Source of the DNA: Octopus sinensis
Taxonomy: Eukaryota
Assembly (NCBI RefSeq): GCF_006345805.1
Contig: NC_043003.1
Coordinates: 6,882,001-6,946,000 of the forward strand
Direction of reading: 5' to 3'
DNA: 64,000 bases
In this document: positions 62,386 to 64,000 of the stretch, one piece after another
Numbering within the stretch: the stretch's first letter is position 1
How the letters are laid out: each line of letters opens with the position of its first letter
Made by a program: the position numbers and the translations under genes
Notes under the pieces: model-generated
Seen by the model: the letters and a program-made list of their open reading frames with translations, nothing else
The model's database searches: none
Told to the model about the DNA's origin: nothing

Positions 62386-62402
62386 CAGTAGTGGTGGTGG
62401 TG

Positions 62403-62449
<47 letters not shown>

Positions 62450-62467
62450 GGTGGTGGTGGCAGCAGC

Positions 62468-62509
<42 letters not shown>

Positions 62510-62530
62510 TATGTAGTAGTAGTAGTAATA
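62324..62530. repeat. Mosaic (AGT)n/(GGT)n/(GCA)n trinucleotide array
   Basis: Direct inspection. Confidence 0.95.
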
Positions 62531-63049
62531 GCAGAGGGGAGGGTGACGGAGGTTGTGTCTGCGGTGGTGAGTGTATTCCATTATAATTCCATTCACATCT
62601 AGGATGCATCACAGCAATCTTTCAGAAGTACTTGGCAGAGGGGTGGAGGGTGGGGTGGGGGAATAGACACGTTAGTAGTGTGTGGGGGGGTAGTGGTGTG
62701 ACGGAGGAGGAGGAGGATGGTGGTAAGTGGTGATGGAGGGAGACGGGGTCGGGTGGGGTAGAAGTGAGAAATTGTTCTTGCATTAAAATCTCTTCTGGTG
62801 TGTCAACTGATTACTGTTCCACAAAAGACAGTTAACGTCACCCCCCCCCCACCATCAACAGCTTCGTATGATGGTTGTTGATTGTCTTCTTGTTGCTTAG
62901 CTCCAAATCGATCCTGGGCCAACAAAACTATGATACTACAAATCTAAGTCATTTCTACCATGACTATCACGTCTTTCCTTTTACACATACATATATACTC
63001 ATATTTACCCAACATAATGTGTTATCCTGTACCTTGAAGGGCCATACAT

Positions 63050-63279
63050 ATTTCTTTATTACCCACAAGGGTCAAAACACAGAGGGGACAAACAAGAACA
63101 GACATACAGATTAAGTCGATTACATCGACCCCAGTGCGTAACTGGTACTTAATTTATCGACCCCGAAAGGACGAAAGGCAAAGTTGACCTCAGCGGAATT
63201 TGAACTCAGAACGTAACGCAGACGAAATACCGCTAAGCATTTCGCCCGGCGTGCTAACGTTTCTGCCAGCTCGCCGCCC
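63050..63279 (-). mobile_element. tRNA-derived SINE family C (GGCGGCGAGCTGGCAGAAACG head, GAGTTCAAATTCC B-box, ...GTAAAGAAATA tail), near full length
   Basis: Homologous copies at 4010-4170(-), 16147-16325(+), 23760-24195(-), 26050-26285(-), 31105-31325(-), 33060-33220(+), 47290-47470(+), 48170-48400(-), 53070-53465(-), 54450-54670(+), 60910-61280(-), 61560-61705(+). Confidence 0.85.
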
Positions 63280-64000
63280 TACGGCCATACAGACACTTCA
63301 TCACCATCATCATCATCACCATCATCATCATCCCCAACTTTCTCTTCTAAAATGCGAGTAGCTACATAGCCCTTCTACTTCAAGAGACCTATTCTGCTCT
63401 GGCCCCTTTTCTTATACTTTAACCCTTCATCTCTCAATATAATGCTACCTTTCTTGGTTGTTTGTAGTTTACACGGTTGCATGGCAGCCTCACAAGTGTG
63501 CTGTGCCACAAAACATGCACCCACGATATGATGCAAAGTGGTTGGCATTAGGAAGGACATCCGGCCATTGAAATCATACCAATGTAGACAGTGAGTTAAT
63601 GCAGTCCTCTGGCTTGTCGGATCCTTGCCAGATCCAACCCATGTCAGCATGGAACACCATCATCATCATCATCATCATCATTATCATCATCGTTTAACAG
63701 CTGTTTTCCATGCTAGCATGGATTGGACGGTTCAACTGGGGTCTGGGAAGCCAGGAGGCTGCATCAGGCTCCAGTCTGATCTAGCAGTGTTTCTACAGCT
63801 GGATGCCCTTCCTAACGCCAACCACTCCATGAGTGTAGTGAGTGCTTTTTACGTCCCACCGGCACAGGTGCCAGGGGACGCTGGCAACGGCCACGATCGG
63901 TTTTTGCTTTTTACATGCCACCGGCACAGAAGCCAGTCAAGGTGGTGCTGGCATCGACCACATACAGATGGTGTATTTTACGTGCCACTGGCACAGGTGC

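Overview
AT-rich, repeat-dense eukaryotic genomic DNA. The SINE/LINE/microsatellite repertoire points to a coleoid cephalopod, probably Octopus; this is an inference. Nearly all ORFs in the supplied track are microsatellite or transposon artefacts. Reading splice sites by hand gives three genes. (1) A complete 4-exon Asterix/WDR83OS (PAT complex subunit) gene on + at 5290-14054, 110 aa. (2) A divergent minus-strand gene sharing the ~340-bp head-to-head region, with a 48-nt first coding exon (4906-4953) and a 38-nt micro-exon (1127-1164), running off the left edge. (3) A convergent minus-strand gene encoding a FAM167/LURAP-like coiled-coil adaptor with a poly-acidic tract: solid exons at 25823-26031 and 23211-23591, candidate upstream exons at 35150-35272, 54053-54148 and a 5'UTR exon ending at 55466. 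The rest is decayed RTE, CR1/L2 and Penelope-like retroelements, about 25 RTE 3'-end copies carrying a ~60-bp internal tandem repeat, three tRNA-derived SINE families, piggyBac-type and other foldback MITEs, and large microsatellite blocks. The most unusual items are a ~3-kb 42-bp minisatellite that is stop-free in four of six frames and broken mostly by homopolymer single-base deletions, a near-canonical minimal type I hammerhead ribozyme motif at 45404-45441 (-), and a ~940-bp foldback at 37896-38838. No CRISPR, rRNA or bona fide tRNA gene was found.
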